Shown here in pieces: positions 34,908 through 42,795 of a stretch of DNA of 64,000 nucleotides. The position numbers were made by a program, and so were the translations under genes. Positions within the stretch are counted from its first letter, which is position 1. Each line of letters begins with the position of its first letter. The notes under the pieces are model-generated. The model saw only the letters and a program-made list of their open reading frames with translations. It did not search any database and was not told the DNA's origin. The stretch lies in sequence record NC_061448.1; one strand, written 5' to 3'.

Positions 34908-35876
34908 ATGAACGAACAATTCGAAGCAATCCCCGCTGATAAAACCTGTCTGCCATTCTATTCTTCTGCGGCAATTAACATCTACTTCAACGACCGTATC
35001 AAACGCCTCGGTCTGACGAACGTATGGGCATACGTTGAGCGTAACAACCGCCCTGCTTTCGGTGATGACCAGCTGATGGAAGCTCTGCATTATCATTCGA
35101 CCGAACACATGAAGCATGTAACTGCTCTCGCTCTCTGGTTGCTCGATTGCGAAGCTGTTCACGATTGGCAATACAGCAATGGTGCAGTACCGTTAGCTAT
35201 CGCCTGTATGTTCCACGACATGAATCATTCACTCGGTCAGAAAGACGATGCGTACAACGTTCAACAGGCTATTGCTGCTCTGGAGAAAGCTGCACACCAC
35301 GAACTGGCCGATGCAGTGCTGATTGATAACTGCGACATTGCTGCTGACCTGATTCGTGTCACGCAATTCCCGTACTCAGATGACCGCAAGCCGAAGAACA
35401 TGATTGAGCGTTGCATTCGTGATGCGGACATTCTCTACGGTATGCAGTCGTTTGTTATCGACTACGTGATGTATGGTCTGCGTGACGAAGTGAACAGCAA
35501 CCTTGAAATGCCTTACCCGTTCAGTCGTCAGGACTGGGCTGCTGGTCGTGTTGACTTCCTGCGTAGCGTTGAGATGTTTACGCCAACCGGTAAAGATGCG
35601 ATGGACTGGTTGCTCGACGAAGAAAACGATCACAACCATCAGTCGAAGATTGAAAGCTGGATGACCGACAACATTGAGTTCGTCCTCACCAGTGCGCGTC
35701 ATATCAAAGCGAACGATGTTCTGTTTATCGACACGCCCGAAGATACGTTGAAAGCTCGTCGCTTGATCGAGCGCATTACAGACATGGGCGTGGGTTTCAA
35801 CGTCTATTTCAACGACGGCGCTTCGATTCATCTGCGTAACGGAGAGCACTGCATTCGTATCGAAAGAAGCAAATAA
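34908..35876 (+). CDS. HD-domain phosphohydrolase
   Basis: YHSTEH, MFHDMNH, IRDADI. Confidence 0.85.
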   Translation: MNEQFEAIPADKTCLPFYSSAAINIYFNDRIKRLGLTNVWAYVERNNRPAFGDDQLMEALHYHSTEHMKHVTALALWLLDCEAVHDWQYSNGAVPLAIACMFHDMNHSLGQKDDAYNVQQAIAALEKAAHHELADAVLIDNCDIAADLIRVTQFPYSDDRKPKNMIERCIRDADILYGMQSFVIDYVMYGLRDEVNSNLEMPYPFSRQDWAAGRVDFLRSVEMFTPTGKDAMDWLLDEENDHNHQSKIESWMTDNIEFVLTSARHIKANDVLFIDTPEDTLKARRLIERITDMGVGFNVYFNDGASIHLRNGEHCIRIERSK

Positions 35877-35922
35877 CTGGACAAAATAGCCGTGTCGTCT
35901 GACAGTGCGCCTATGATATACT
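35869..35922 (+). promoter_or_regulatory. Conserved phage promoter, copy 6
   Basis: GCAAATAACTGGACAAAAT; 33 nt; TG-A-TATACT. Confidence 0.85.
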
Positions 35923-35955
35923 ACGCGTAGACGCACTAACAAAGAGAGACTGATT

Positions 35956-36186
35956 ATGATGCACGATATATACAAGGTGAGTGCTGTCCTGTTCTACTTG
36001 CTTGGTGCTATGGCTTTCCTTGCACATATCGTTGGCTTCGTGAAGAACTGGATGAAGATAAAAGAAATGCGGCAGAAAGCACAGGCGAAGATTGCCAAAG
36101 TGAAAACGCCGCATGAATTGATTAAACGCCGCTTGCGTAAAGCAGAAGAACGCGCAAGACACCGCCCACGTAAACTGAGAGATTGA
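35956..36186 (+). CDS. Small membrane protein with basic tail
   Basis: N-terminal TM helix. Confidence 0.7.
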   Translation: MMHDIYKVSAVLFYLLGAMAFLAHIVGFVKNWMKIKEMRQKAQAKIAKVKTPHELIKRRLRKAEERARHRPRKLRD

Positions 36187-36188
36187 CC

Positions 36189-36497
36189 ATGCCTACTGTT
36201 ACTCGTAGTAAACGTCTGGAAGACAAAGTTAAACGTGCCGTAGAGTTGTGCTGGGAGGAAACCACTACAGATAATGAAGGTCCGCAGACGTATAGTTTCT
36301 TGGCAACGACATTCGCGCAAGACGGAAAAGAATTGCATGGCAGGGAAGTGCAAATGATCAACCACATCCTGAGCGATGCGCGTTACGTTAATCTTTATGG
36401 TTGGTACGTAACAACACTGCAAAGAAGTAAGCATGGCGATAGACTGATATTCCAACCTGTTGCTGACTTAGAAGATATTGTTGAGATGGAGCTGTAA
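36189..36497 (+). CDS. Hypothetical protein
   Basis: ATG 36189. Confidence 0.7.
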   Translation: MPTVTRSKRLEDKVKRAVELCWEETTTDNEGPQTYSFLATTFAQDGKELHGREVQMINHILSDARYVNLYGWYVTTLQRSKHGDRLIFQPVADLEDIVEMEL

Positions 36498-36498
36498 C

Positions 36499-37074
36499 AT
36501 GGAACAGATCGATATGTTTAAAACGGAAGGTACTCATGAGATCTCTGAGTACACTGAACTGGACGCTGATCGTTTGCCTAACGACGACGTTACGCGTAAC
36601 GACCGTAGAATACAAGCTGCATTCGGCCAGCCTGTGCGGACTGCCGACTATCTGGAAAAGTACCCAGGCCTGAAACCCGGCAAATTGAAGTTTCGCAAGA
36701 AGCTGGTAATGATTCATGAGTTCGTGCTTGTTACTCACGATAAGCTGAAAGCCAGCCTGCTGAAAAAGCAAGGCAGTATCAGCGATACATACGACAGAGA
36801 CCCGCAGTATCTGATCAATGTGTACAACCACACTGAGAAAGTGGCGATGTTCCTGAGCGACTTTGGCGACTTCATGAGTCACTTCATGAATGCCGTCCAT
36901 CTGTTTACTGTAGCGACTGTGTATGACGGTCGACTGTTGGTATTTGCAGAGAACGGCAGTCCGCTCGTTACCGCAGAAGAAACGCTGGAGATGCTTAACG
37001 AGATCGAGCACTTCATCAACAAAAGCAAAGTGTATCGCGTACACTCACAACACGCCGTCTACCGTACAATCTAA
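36499..37074 (+). CDS. Hypothetical protein
   Basis: SD GGAG. Confidence 0.75.
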   Translation: MEQIDMFKTEGTHEISEYTELDADRLPNDDVTRNDRRIQAAFGQPVRTADYLEKYPGLKPGKLKFRKKLVMIHEFVLVTHDKLKASLLKKQGSISDTYDRDPQYLINVYNHTEKVAMFLSDFGDFMSHFMNAVHLFTVATVYDGRLLVFAENGSPLVTAEETLEMLNEIEHFINKSKVYRVHSQHAVYRTI

Positions 37075-37121
37075 TCTATCAACCACAGCGACGCTTACGG
37101 GTGTCGCACAGGAGAAACATT

Positions 37122-38537
37122 ATGTCATTCGATATGCGCCAAAACGTACTCATGGTTCGCTCTCTGATCAAAGGCCAACCGTTCTACTATTTCTACAACG
37201 CAGAGGGCTTGGAGTTCAGCTTGTCTGGTTATCAGCTTAAAGAGATTTACGATTGCCACTTCGAAGGTCGTATGGCAGCAATCACTACCTACTGGGGATT
37301 CTCGAACAAGCCGAACTATGAGTCATTCGAGTTTGCTGAGAACGGTGATCTGCTGTGGCATGTTTCTCTGAATGCGACATGTAGCACCCTGTTGCCTCTT
37401 GAGATGATTAACGGTCATGAGGGCTTTAACGTCATCAACGGTTTCATGATCGATGACCACAAACGCACCGTGATGAAGATTCATCAAAAAGCTGTCGGGC
37501 GTAGTGTGGAAAGACTTACGTGGTTCCGCGATATGTCCGAAGAGCGTATGCGTGAACTGCTGACTGCTCTCGGTCACGGACCGATGCGTATCGAACGTGC
37601 TGATCGTGAAGAACTGATCAAGATACATCGTGATTGGCAGCGTAAGCACGATGAAGACTTTAAATACACGCACAACGCATGTGGCGTAGACCCTGACGAT
37701 AAACTCCCTGCCGACCTGTATGATGACCACGGCAAGTGGCTGCGTCAACGCCACATGGCAAAAGGCAAAACGCTTGAGATGATGGCCAGCGAGCTTGCTA
37801 ATCTTGTTCGCATCTTTGATTTGTATGACGGCGAGAACGACGACTTTGACCACATGAATCCTGATTGGGATGAAGGTCTGCGTCGTGTTGCACAGGCGTT
37901 CATTTACGGACCTAACGCGAAAGAACGGTTTGACGCTGTGAAGTATGACAGCCAGTTTGTTGTCAACGGTATCTATGCTTTGGCGAAAGACATGAACTGG
38001 ATTCATGTTAACGAAGAATCTCAGGACTATCAAGAATCATTGATTCGTCGCCTGATGCAAGAACTGAAAAACGAAATTGAACGCCCTGACGGTGTGTTCG
38101 TTGTTGAAGACGGCATAGTAATGTTGAAAGCCGCGTCTGCTACTGCGATTGATACTGACGTGGTGGATGAAGTCGAAGAAGACGAGGACGAGCCAGAGAA
38201 AGAACGTGGGCCTCGCAAATTCCCTGTAGTGTTGCGTCATGACCGCATTAAATACGATTATGTTCATCGTGCTCTGGTTAAGATGGGCGTCGTCAAGAAG
38301 AACAAGACTCGCCAGCAATTGGGCAAAGCGCAGAAATTGACTGTCGCCCAGCAAGAAGCGGCCTTGCTCGCAACACTTCGCGCTGTTGTGTTTGACCCGG
38401 ATCAAGACGTACTATCTAAACTGGATGAAACAACGCTGTACCAGCTTGCTGCATGTATGACCAAAATGAAAGACGGTGATCGCTATCCCCGTGATGCTGA
38501 GTACCTGAAAGAACTAATTAAACACGCACTTCGTTAA
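37122..38537 (+). CDS. Hypothetical multidomain protein (471 aa) with HeH-like module
   Basis: SD AGGAG; FRDMSEERMRELLTALG...DREELIKI. Confidence 0.85.
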   Translation: MSFDMRQNVLMVRSLIKGQPFYYFYNAEGLEFSLSGYQLKEIYDCHFEGRMAAITTYWGFSNKPNYESFEFAENGDLLWHVSLNATCSTLLPLEMINGHEGFNVINGFMIDDHKRTVMKIHQKAVGRSVERLTWFRDMSEERMRELLTALGHGPMRIERADREELIKIHRDWQRKHDEDFKYTHNACGVDPDDKLPADLYDDHGKWLRQRHMAKGKTLEMMASELANLVRIFDLYDGENDDFDHMNPDWDEGLRRVAQAFIYGPNAKERFDAVKYDSQFVVNGIYALAKDMNWIHVNEESQDYQESLIRRLMQELKNEIERPDGVFVVEDGIVMLKAASATAIDTDVVDEVEEDEDEPEKERGPRKFPVVLRHDRIKYDYVHRALVKMGVVKKNKTRQQLGKAQKLTVAQQEAALLATLRAVVFDPDQDVLSKLDETTLYQLAACMTKMKDGDRYPRDAEYLKELIKHALR

Positions 38538-38572
38538 TTGTCCAATCATACCTAACATTGTAGGGAACAAAA

Positions 38573-39007
38573 ATGAAACTCGAACAAAACATTCTGGTAG
38601 TAAATCGTGTTGCTTTGGTAATGAAAGACGCGCTGGTTAAGAAGCTGACTGAGGCGGCTAACACTGATCGCTCGGCTACGGCTTTATCTCTGGCTTACAC
38701 CACCGCAATCGTTATGGCTAAACTCCAGCACAAGGTGACATTCGCTCTTGCTGAGGAAAACCCAGAGGCCTGCGTCCGCGCTGAACTCTTGTGGACTGAT
38801 CACGGCTCGCTGTCAACAAGCGCGTTGTTCATCATCGCATCTGCCGCCGACGAAGAAGTGTTGAACCACGTCGAAGACCACGACTACCTGAACCATCTGC
38901 ACACAATCAAACGTGTCGCCGAAGAGAACGGGTTCACTCTGTCAGTCTTCCCTGTGGCAGCTAACTTCCCGTTCAAGCATACTGAAATCCCGGCTGATAT
39001 GCAGTGA
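38573..39007 (+). CDS. Hypothetical protein (144 aa)
   Basis: SD AGGGA. Confidence 0.8.
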   Translation: MKLEQNILVVNRVALVMKDALVKKLTEAANTDRSATALSLAYTTAIVMAKLQHKVTFALAEENPEACVRAELLWTDHGSLSTSALFIIASAADEEVLNHVEDHDYLNHLHTIKRVAEENGFTLSVFPVAANFPFKHTEIPADMQ

Positions 39008-39015
39008 GGTGATCT

Positions 39016-39315
39016 ATGACTGAGAAACAACAATTAGTACCGAATGTTGCTATCGTCCTGACGATGAACGAACGTCGCTCTTTCATGGGCCCGAAAGAAG
39101 ATGGGTTCGTCTATCTGGCAAACAAAGAAGCGTTGCAGAAATTCGAAGCACACATCTTGCGCCACCGCAGCCGTGAAGAATACTCTGAGATAGAGCACCG
39201 CGAGTTACACGCTCTGAGCGCTGAGGGCGTCTTAGCTCTAAGTCACGAAGTCGAGACAGATCCAGACAGACCATGGCTGTGGACAAAGACAGACTTTCGC
39301 ATTAAGCTCTGGTAA
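39016..39315 (+). CDS. Hypothetical protein (99 aa)
   Basis: SD GAGGT. Confidence 0.8.
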   Translation: MTEKQQLVPNVAIVLTMNERRSFMGPKEDGFVYLANKEALQKFEAHILRHRSREEYSEIEHRELHALSAEGVLALSHEVETDPDRPWLWTKTDFRIKLW

Positions 39316-39369
39316 GCATAAAACTGGACAAAATGAGGCTAGTATTTGAGGGTCTCATTGTGTTATACT
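39316..39369 (+). promoter_or_regulatory. Conserved phage promoter, copy 7
   Basis: AAACTGGACAAAAT; 33 nt; TG-T-TATACT. Confidence 0.85.
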
Positions 39370-39403
39370 AAAAGCGTAGCTTGTGCTGCGCTTTTTTCAC
39401 TTA

Positions 39404-39417
39404 TGTCTGAGGAGACA
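39404..39417 (+). promoter_or_regulatory. SD in GAGG tetraloop hairpin
   Basis: TGTCT-GAGG-AGACA. Confidence 0.75.
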
Positions 39418-39422
39418 ACAAA

Positions 39423-39887
39423 ATGCTGAACGAAACGAAAGCGACCGTATCTGATATTGAATTGCAGGACCGTATGATGGACGCTGCTGTCCAGAAAGTT
39501 ATCGAACTGAAACCTGAATGGATCGACGTTTGTGCTGCTGGTCTTCGCTTGTACCTGACCGTGTGTGACCAGCTCGGCGGTCCGATTCCTGAAATGCGTT
39601 TCGTTCACAACAACAAGCCGTGCAAACTCTCTTTCAACCTGAAAGAAGCTACTGAGGGTAGTGAGTTCGTTGCGAACGATATTGACCACGAAAAGCAGAT
39701 GGAAACTTGCGAAGCGATTCTTGCTACAGCCGAAGCGAATGAAGAAGGTCATTCGCTGATGGATTTAGCGATTTGTTCTGGTCGCCTGTTCATGATCGGC
39801 TATGACGGACTTGCGGGTACTATCGGCAAAGTGTGTTTCCGCTTCGCCAAGAAGAACTACACAATGAATCTGGTTGAGGGTGAATAA
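39423..39887 (+). CDS. Acidic hypothetical protein (154 aa)
   Basis: First ORF after promoter 7. Confidence 0.85.
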   Translation: MLNETKATVSDIELQDRMMDAAVQKVIELKPEWIDVCAAGLRLYLTVCDQLGGPIPEMRFVHNNKPCKLSFNLKEATEGSEFVANDIDHEKQMETCEAILATAEANEEGHSLMDLAICSGRLFMIGYDGLAGTIGKVCFRFAKKNYTMNLVEGE

Positions 39888-39888
39888 C

Positions 39889-40578
39889 ATGAAACCGTAC
39901 ACTCTGCTTAAACGTAGCAAACTAAATCCCGATGTGTTTGCTCTTGTGCGAGACAACGAAGTGCTGGTATCTTTCAAGCCAAGCAAGTTCTATGCGGCGC
40001 TTAATACCGTTGTTAAAGAGCACGGCCTGAAAGAAGTCGATGTAGTGTGGCGTGACGGCACTCGCACTGTCGAACACCTTGTCGTTCACCACACACGTAG
40101 ATTGGTATCGGTTGATACTATCATGAACTACTACAACGTGTGTCTGATGCTTCGTGCTCAAGGCGCGGCTGTGAGTCTGGCTACACCTGTCGATATTCGT
40201 GCTATGTTTGACGCGAATGGTCCGCTGATTAGCGAGATCCACATTGACCCAGAACTCGCTGAAAAGCTAGTGGTGGCACTCACACCCAAACATCCTATGT
40301 TCGCAGATGCGCATAGCTCACATGAAGAAGATGATGATATGTTCGATGATGATGACCTCGATCCTGATGACGATTTTGAGGATGAGGATGATCTCTGCGA
40401 TGATGACTTCACCCCAGAAGAGGATCGTCTGAGTCTTATCGCTTGGGGCTACCGCGCCGAAGACTGGTCAACTACTTTGACCGACGATGCCGTGCAGGAA
40501 GTACACAGCCTTGAAGTTGGCATTGACCATGACATTGAACTGCCACTCGCACCTGATGCGAAGGACAAATACTTCTAA
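39889..40578 (+). CDS. Hypothetical protein with acidic C-terminal half
   Basis: SD GAGGG. Confidence 0.8.
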   Translation: MKPYTLLKRSKLNPDVFALVRDNEVLVSFKPSKFYAALNTVVKEHGLKEVDVVWRDGTRTVEHLVVHHTRRLVSVDTIMNYYNVCLMLRAQGAAVSLATPVDIRAMFDANGPLISEIHIDPELAEKLVVALTPKHPMFADAHSSHEEDDDMFDDDDLDPDDDFEDEDDLCDDDFTPEEDRLSLIAWGYRAEDWSTTLTDDAVQEVHSLEVGIDHDIELPLAPDAKDKYF

Positions 40579-40769
40579 TGAAAACCACAAACGAAATGAT
40601 CAAAGAGTTGCGACAACGCGGCGAGCTTGTTATTGAAGAACGCCAGAAAGACGTAGTGCCCGACTTAACGTTCACGCTTGATTGTCTGTGTCTCACGTAC
40701 AAGAAGCGGGAAGTGGAAACGACCAAGCGAGGCCGCGTTATCACAATCAAGTTGACGAACATGCACTAA
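40578..40769 (+). CDS. Hypothetical protein (63 aa)
   Basis: TAATG coupling. Confidence 0.65.
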   Translation: MKTTNEMIKELRQRGELVIEERQKDVVPDLTFTLDCLCLTYKKREVETTKRGRVITIKLTNMH

Positions 40770-40773
40770 CAAT

Positions 40774-40865
40774 CCAGTTTGGCTCGCCCGTCCAGAAATG
40801 CTCACCCCCAATGAGGCGCCCCTCGCAGAGGCGTGACGACGCGGGTCCTTTTTAGAACGTACTGG
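40774..40865 (+). ncRNA. Candidate structured RNA (three-way junction plus U tract)
   Basis: GGCTCGC/GCGGGTC, GTC/GAC, CTCA/TGAG, CCTC/GAGG pairings; outer CCAGT/ACTGG. Confidence 0.35.
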
Positions 40866-40894
40866 TTAGTGCGTTGCATAAAGAACCCAAAACA

Positions 40895-40908
40895 AACAGG
40901 AGGCTGTT
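40895..40908 (+). promoter_or_regulatory. SD in GAGG tetraloop hairpin
   Basis: AACAG-GAGG-CTGTT. Confidence 0.7.
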
Positions 40909-41253
40909 ATGAAGTTTAACGATGTAAGTAAAGATGCTCAGGTAATTCTTATGGGCGGCGCACTTGCCGGAGTTGTTGAAGTCTTCGGACGTGACGACGA
41001 AGACGAGGGTAAGCAGTTGATTGAAACTGCGCTGCGCCAAGTCGGTCTGACGTTCGACGAGTTCCGCACTATGATGACTGAAATGCCGCCAGAAGTTGAA
41101 GCGGAAGTTGCGTCTGTTCAGACAGTAGCTGCGGACCCTGACGATGACTTCGACGACCAGCAGCTGGACACGATGGAAGAACGTCCCGGCAATCTCGACG
41201 AAGACGGGCGTACTGATGAAAACGGCTGGCAAACACTTGAAGACGAACAATAG
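40909..41253 (+). CDS. Very acidic hypothetical protein (114 aa)
   Basis: SD hairpin; D/E-rich C-half. Confidence 0.85.
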   Translation: MKFNDVSKDAQVILMGGALAGVVEVFGRDDEDEGKQLIETALRQVGLTFDEFRTMMTEMPPEVEAEVASVQTVAADPDDDFDDQQLDTMEERPGNLDEDGRTDENGWQTLEDEQ

Positions 41254-41289
41254 CAGACGCCGACACGCATAGCAGATAGTCGCATCTAA

Positions 41290-41343
41290 GCAAAAAACTG
41301 GACAAAATGAGGGTTGTATCAGAATAGCGTCCTGAGCTATACT
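41290..41343 (+). promoter_or_regulatory. Conserved phage promoter, copy 8
   Basis: GCAAAAAACTGGACAAAAT; 33 nt; TATACT. Confidence 0.85.
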
Positions 41344-41349
41344 ATATAG

Positions 41350-41547
41350 ACAGCGAGACAACGTTCTCTCTGCTAAATGCCTTGTAACTGCTTGACCGTG
41401 TGTTTTTCGTTTTCCCGGGCACACGGTCCTTTTTAAAGTCGCTTCGCTGAGGCTGCTTTAAAAAGGGTTCGATACCCTTTGAGCGCTTTCGGATTTACGC
41501 GGTTTTCACCGACTGTGCTCTCATGTTAAACCGCAAAGGAAATAAAT
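41350..41547 (+). promoter_or_regulatory. About 200-nt structured 5' leader with candidate pseudoknot next to the SD
   Basis: GACCGTGTG/CACACGGTC; CCTTTTTAAAG/CTTTAAAAAGG; AAAGGG-TTCGATA-CCCTTT; loop GCGGTTT (41499-41505) complementary to AAACCGC (41528-41534). Confidence 0.6.
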
Positions 41548-42186
41548 ATGCCAAATCCAAAAGTAGTTGCCAAACTTGCTGAACGTGCTAAACGTACTCC
41601 GCGCGGTCCTTCGTCTGTTAAACCTAAAGCTGCGAAAGAGCGTCACGATAAAGAGTCGATGACAACACCAGAGCACAAGAAAAACTTGCCGCCTGTTGTT
41701 GCTGCGCCTAAGATGCGTGATGACGAGCGTGTGTACTTTCTTGTACACGCAATCTTATCCTCATGGAAATTGAGCGCTGTTACGACTGATGCGAATGCGG
41801 CTGCTACCGGCATTATCAAAGTGTCACGCCGTAAGATTGAAGGTGCCCTGCGTGACCTCAAGAATACGCGCTTCACTAAAATCCCGTCGCTCATTAGCGA
41901 TATTCTGACCGATATGGATCTCTGCAAAGAGTTCGGGCAGTGGGTATACGTCGAACATGATTCGCCTGATTGGATTTTCGTTCGACTGCCTGAGAACAGC
42001 ACACAAGTTATTCGTGCTGACATTAGCTCTGACCGCACGGGTCAAACGTCTGCGGCTGTGACGACCTCTGTTGAAGTGCTGCTGGACGATGCGTACCTCG
42101 AAGACGAGGAAGACGAGATTCCTGAGAACGTCGAATATGACGACGAAGATGAATCTCACGTTAACGAAGAAGAGGAGGAAGAATAA
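41548..42186 (+). CDS. Protein with basic K/P-rich N-tail, folded core and acidic C-tail (212 aa)
   Basis: SD AAGGA; composition. Confidence 0.85.
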   Translation: MPNPKVVAKLAERAKRTPRGPSSVKPKAAKERHDKESMTTPEHKKNLPPVVAAPKMRDDERVYFLVHAILSSWKLSAVTTDANAAATGIIKVSRRKIEGALRDLKNTRFTKIPSLISDILTDMDLCKEFGQWVYVEHDSPDWIFVRLPENSTQVIRADISSDRTGQTSAAVTTSVEVLLDDAYLEDEEDEIPENVEYDDEDESHVNEEEEEE

Positions 42187-42635
42187 TGACCTCTTCAATT
42201 CGTCCGGCATCCGAAACAGCCGCAATGATCATTGAAAACGTCACTCTCTATTCTCAAGAGAAGGGACACGACCATACGCTGCCGCGCTTTAAAATGCCCG
42301 ACACTGCGATACGTCGAATCTCTGGTCATGCTCGCGTTCTGCCTGAAAGTTATATCGAACAGGTATCTATCGAGCTACAACAACTCGACTGGATGATGAT
42401 GCGATACAATGCAGGCGAGTTCCTCTTTCTGCACTTTGATATACCGAAGAACTGGACGCGATTGAGCGCGAAGCGTGTTGTGCCAAACGACGACCCTAGC
42501 GCTGAGTACGATACGTGGACGTTGCCTGAGCTACAGGGCTTCGCTCAACGTAACGACTTCTTACAGCCCGACGAAGAGGGGTTTCACGATAGAGCGTCAT
42601 TGATTCGCGCTATCATGCGAGGCGAGACTCACTAA
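42186..42635 (+). CDS. Hypothetical protein with C-terminal HeH-like module
   Basis: YDTWTLPELQGFAQRNDF...DRASLIRAI. Confidence 0.75.
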   Translation: MTSSIRPASETAAMIIENVTLYSQEKGHDHTLPRFKMPDTAIRRISGHARVLPESYIEQVSIELQQLDWMMMRYNAGEFLFLHFDIPKNWTRLSAKRVVPNDDPSAEYDTWTLPELQGFAQRNDFLQPDEEGFHDRASLIRAIMRGETH

Positions 42636-42684
42636 GCAATAACGAGCGGGGCAGTATATAGCTGCCCTGCTATCTGCGAAGTAT

Positions 42685-42738
42685 GCAGAAAACTGGACAA
42701 AATCGTGGTTGCTATCTGAAAGCGACCTATGATATACT
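42685..42738 (+). promoter_or_regulatory. Conserved phage promoter, copy 9
   Basis: GCAGAAAACTGGACAAAAT; 33 nt; TG-A-TATACT. Confidence 0.85.
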
Positions 42739-42776
42739 AGATGCAGACGCAATAGTGCGTCGCACACAAAACACAT

Positions 42777-42790
42777 ATACTGAGGAGTAT
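42777..42790 (+). promoter_or_regulatory. SD in GAGG tetraloop hairpin
   Basis: ATACT-GAGG-AGTAT. Confidence 0.75.
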
Positions 42791-42795
42791 TAATC

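Noticed and set aside
40816-40847. HDV-like ribozyme suggested by GCC-CCTCGCAGA-GGC
   Set aside because: No P1/P2 partners consistent with the nested double pseudoknot could be found.
41462-41480. tRNA-like T arm AAAGGG-TTCGATA-CCCTTT
   Set aside because: There is no acceptor stem, D arm or anticodon arm around it. It is kept only as part of the structured leader.
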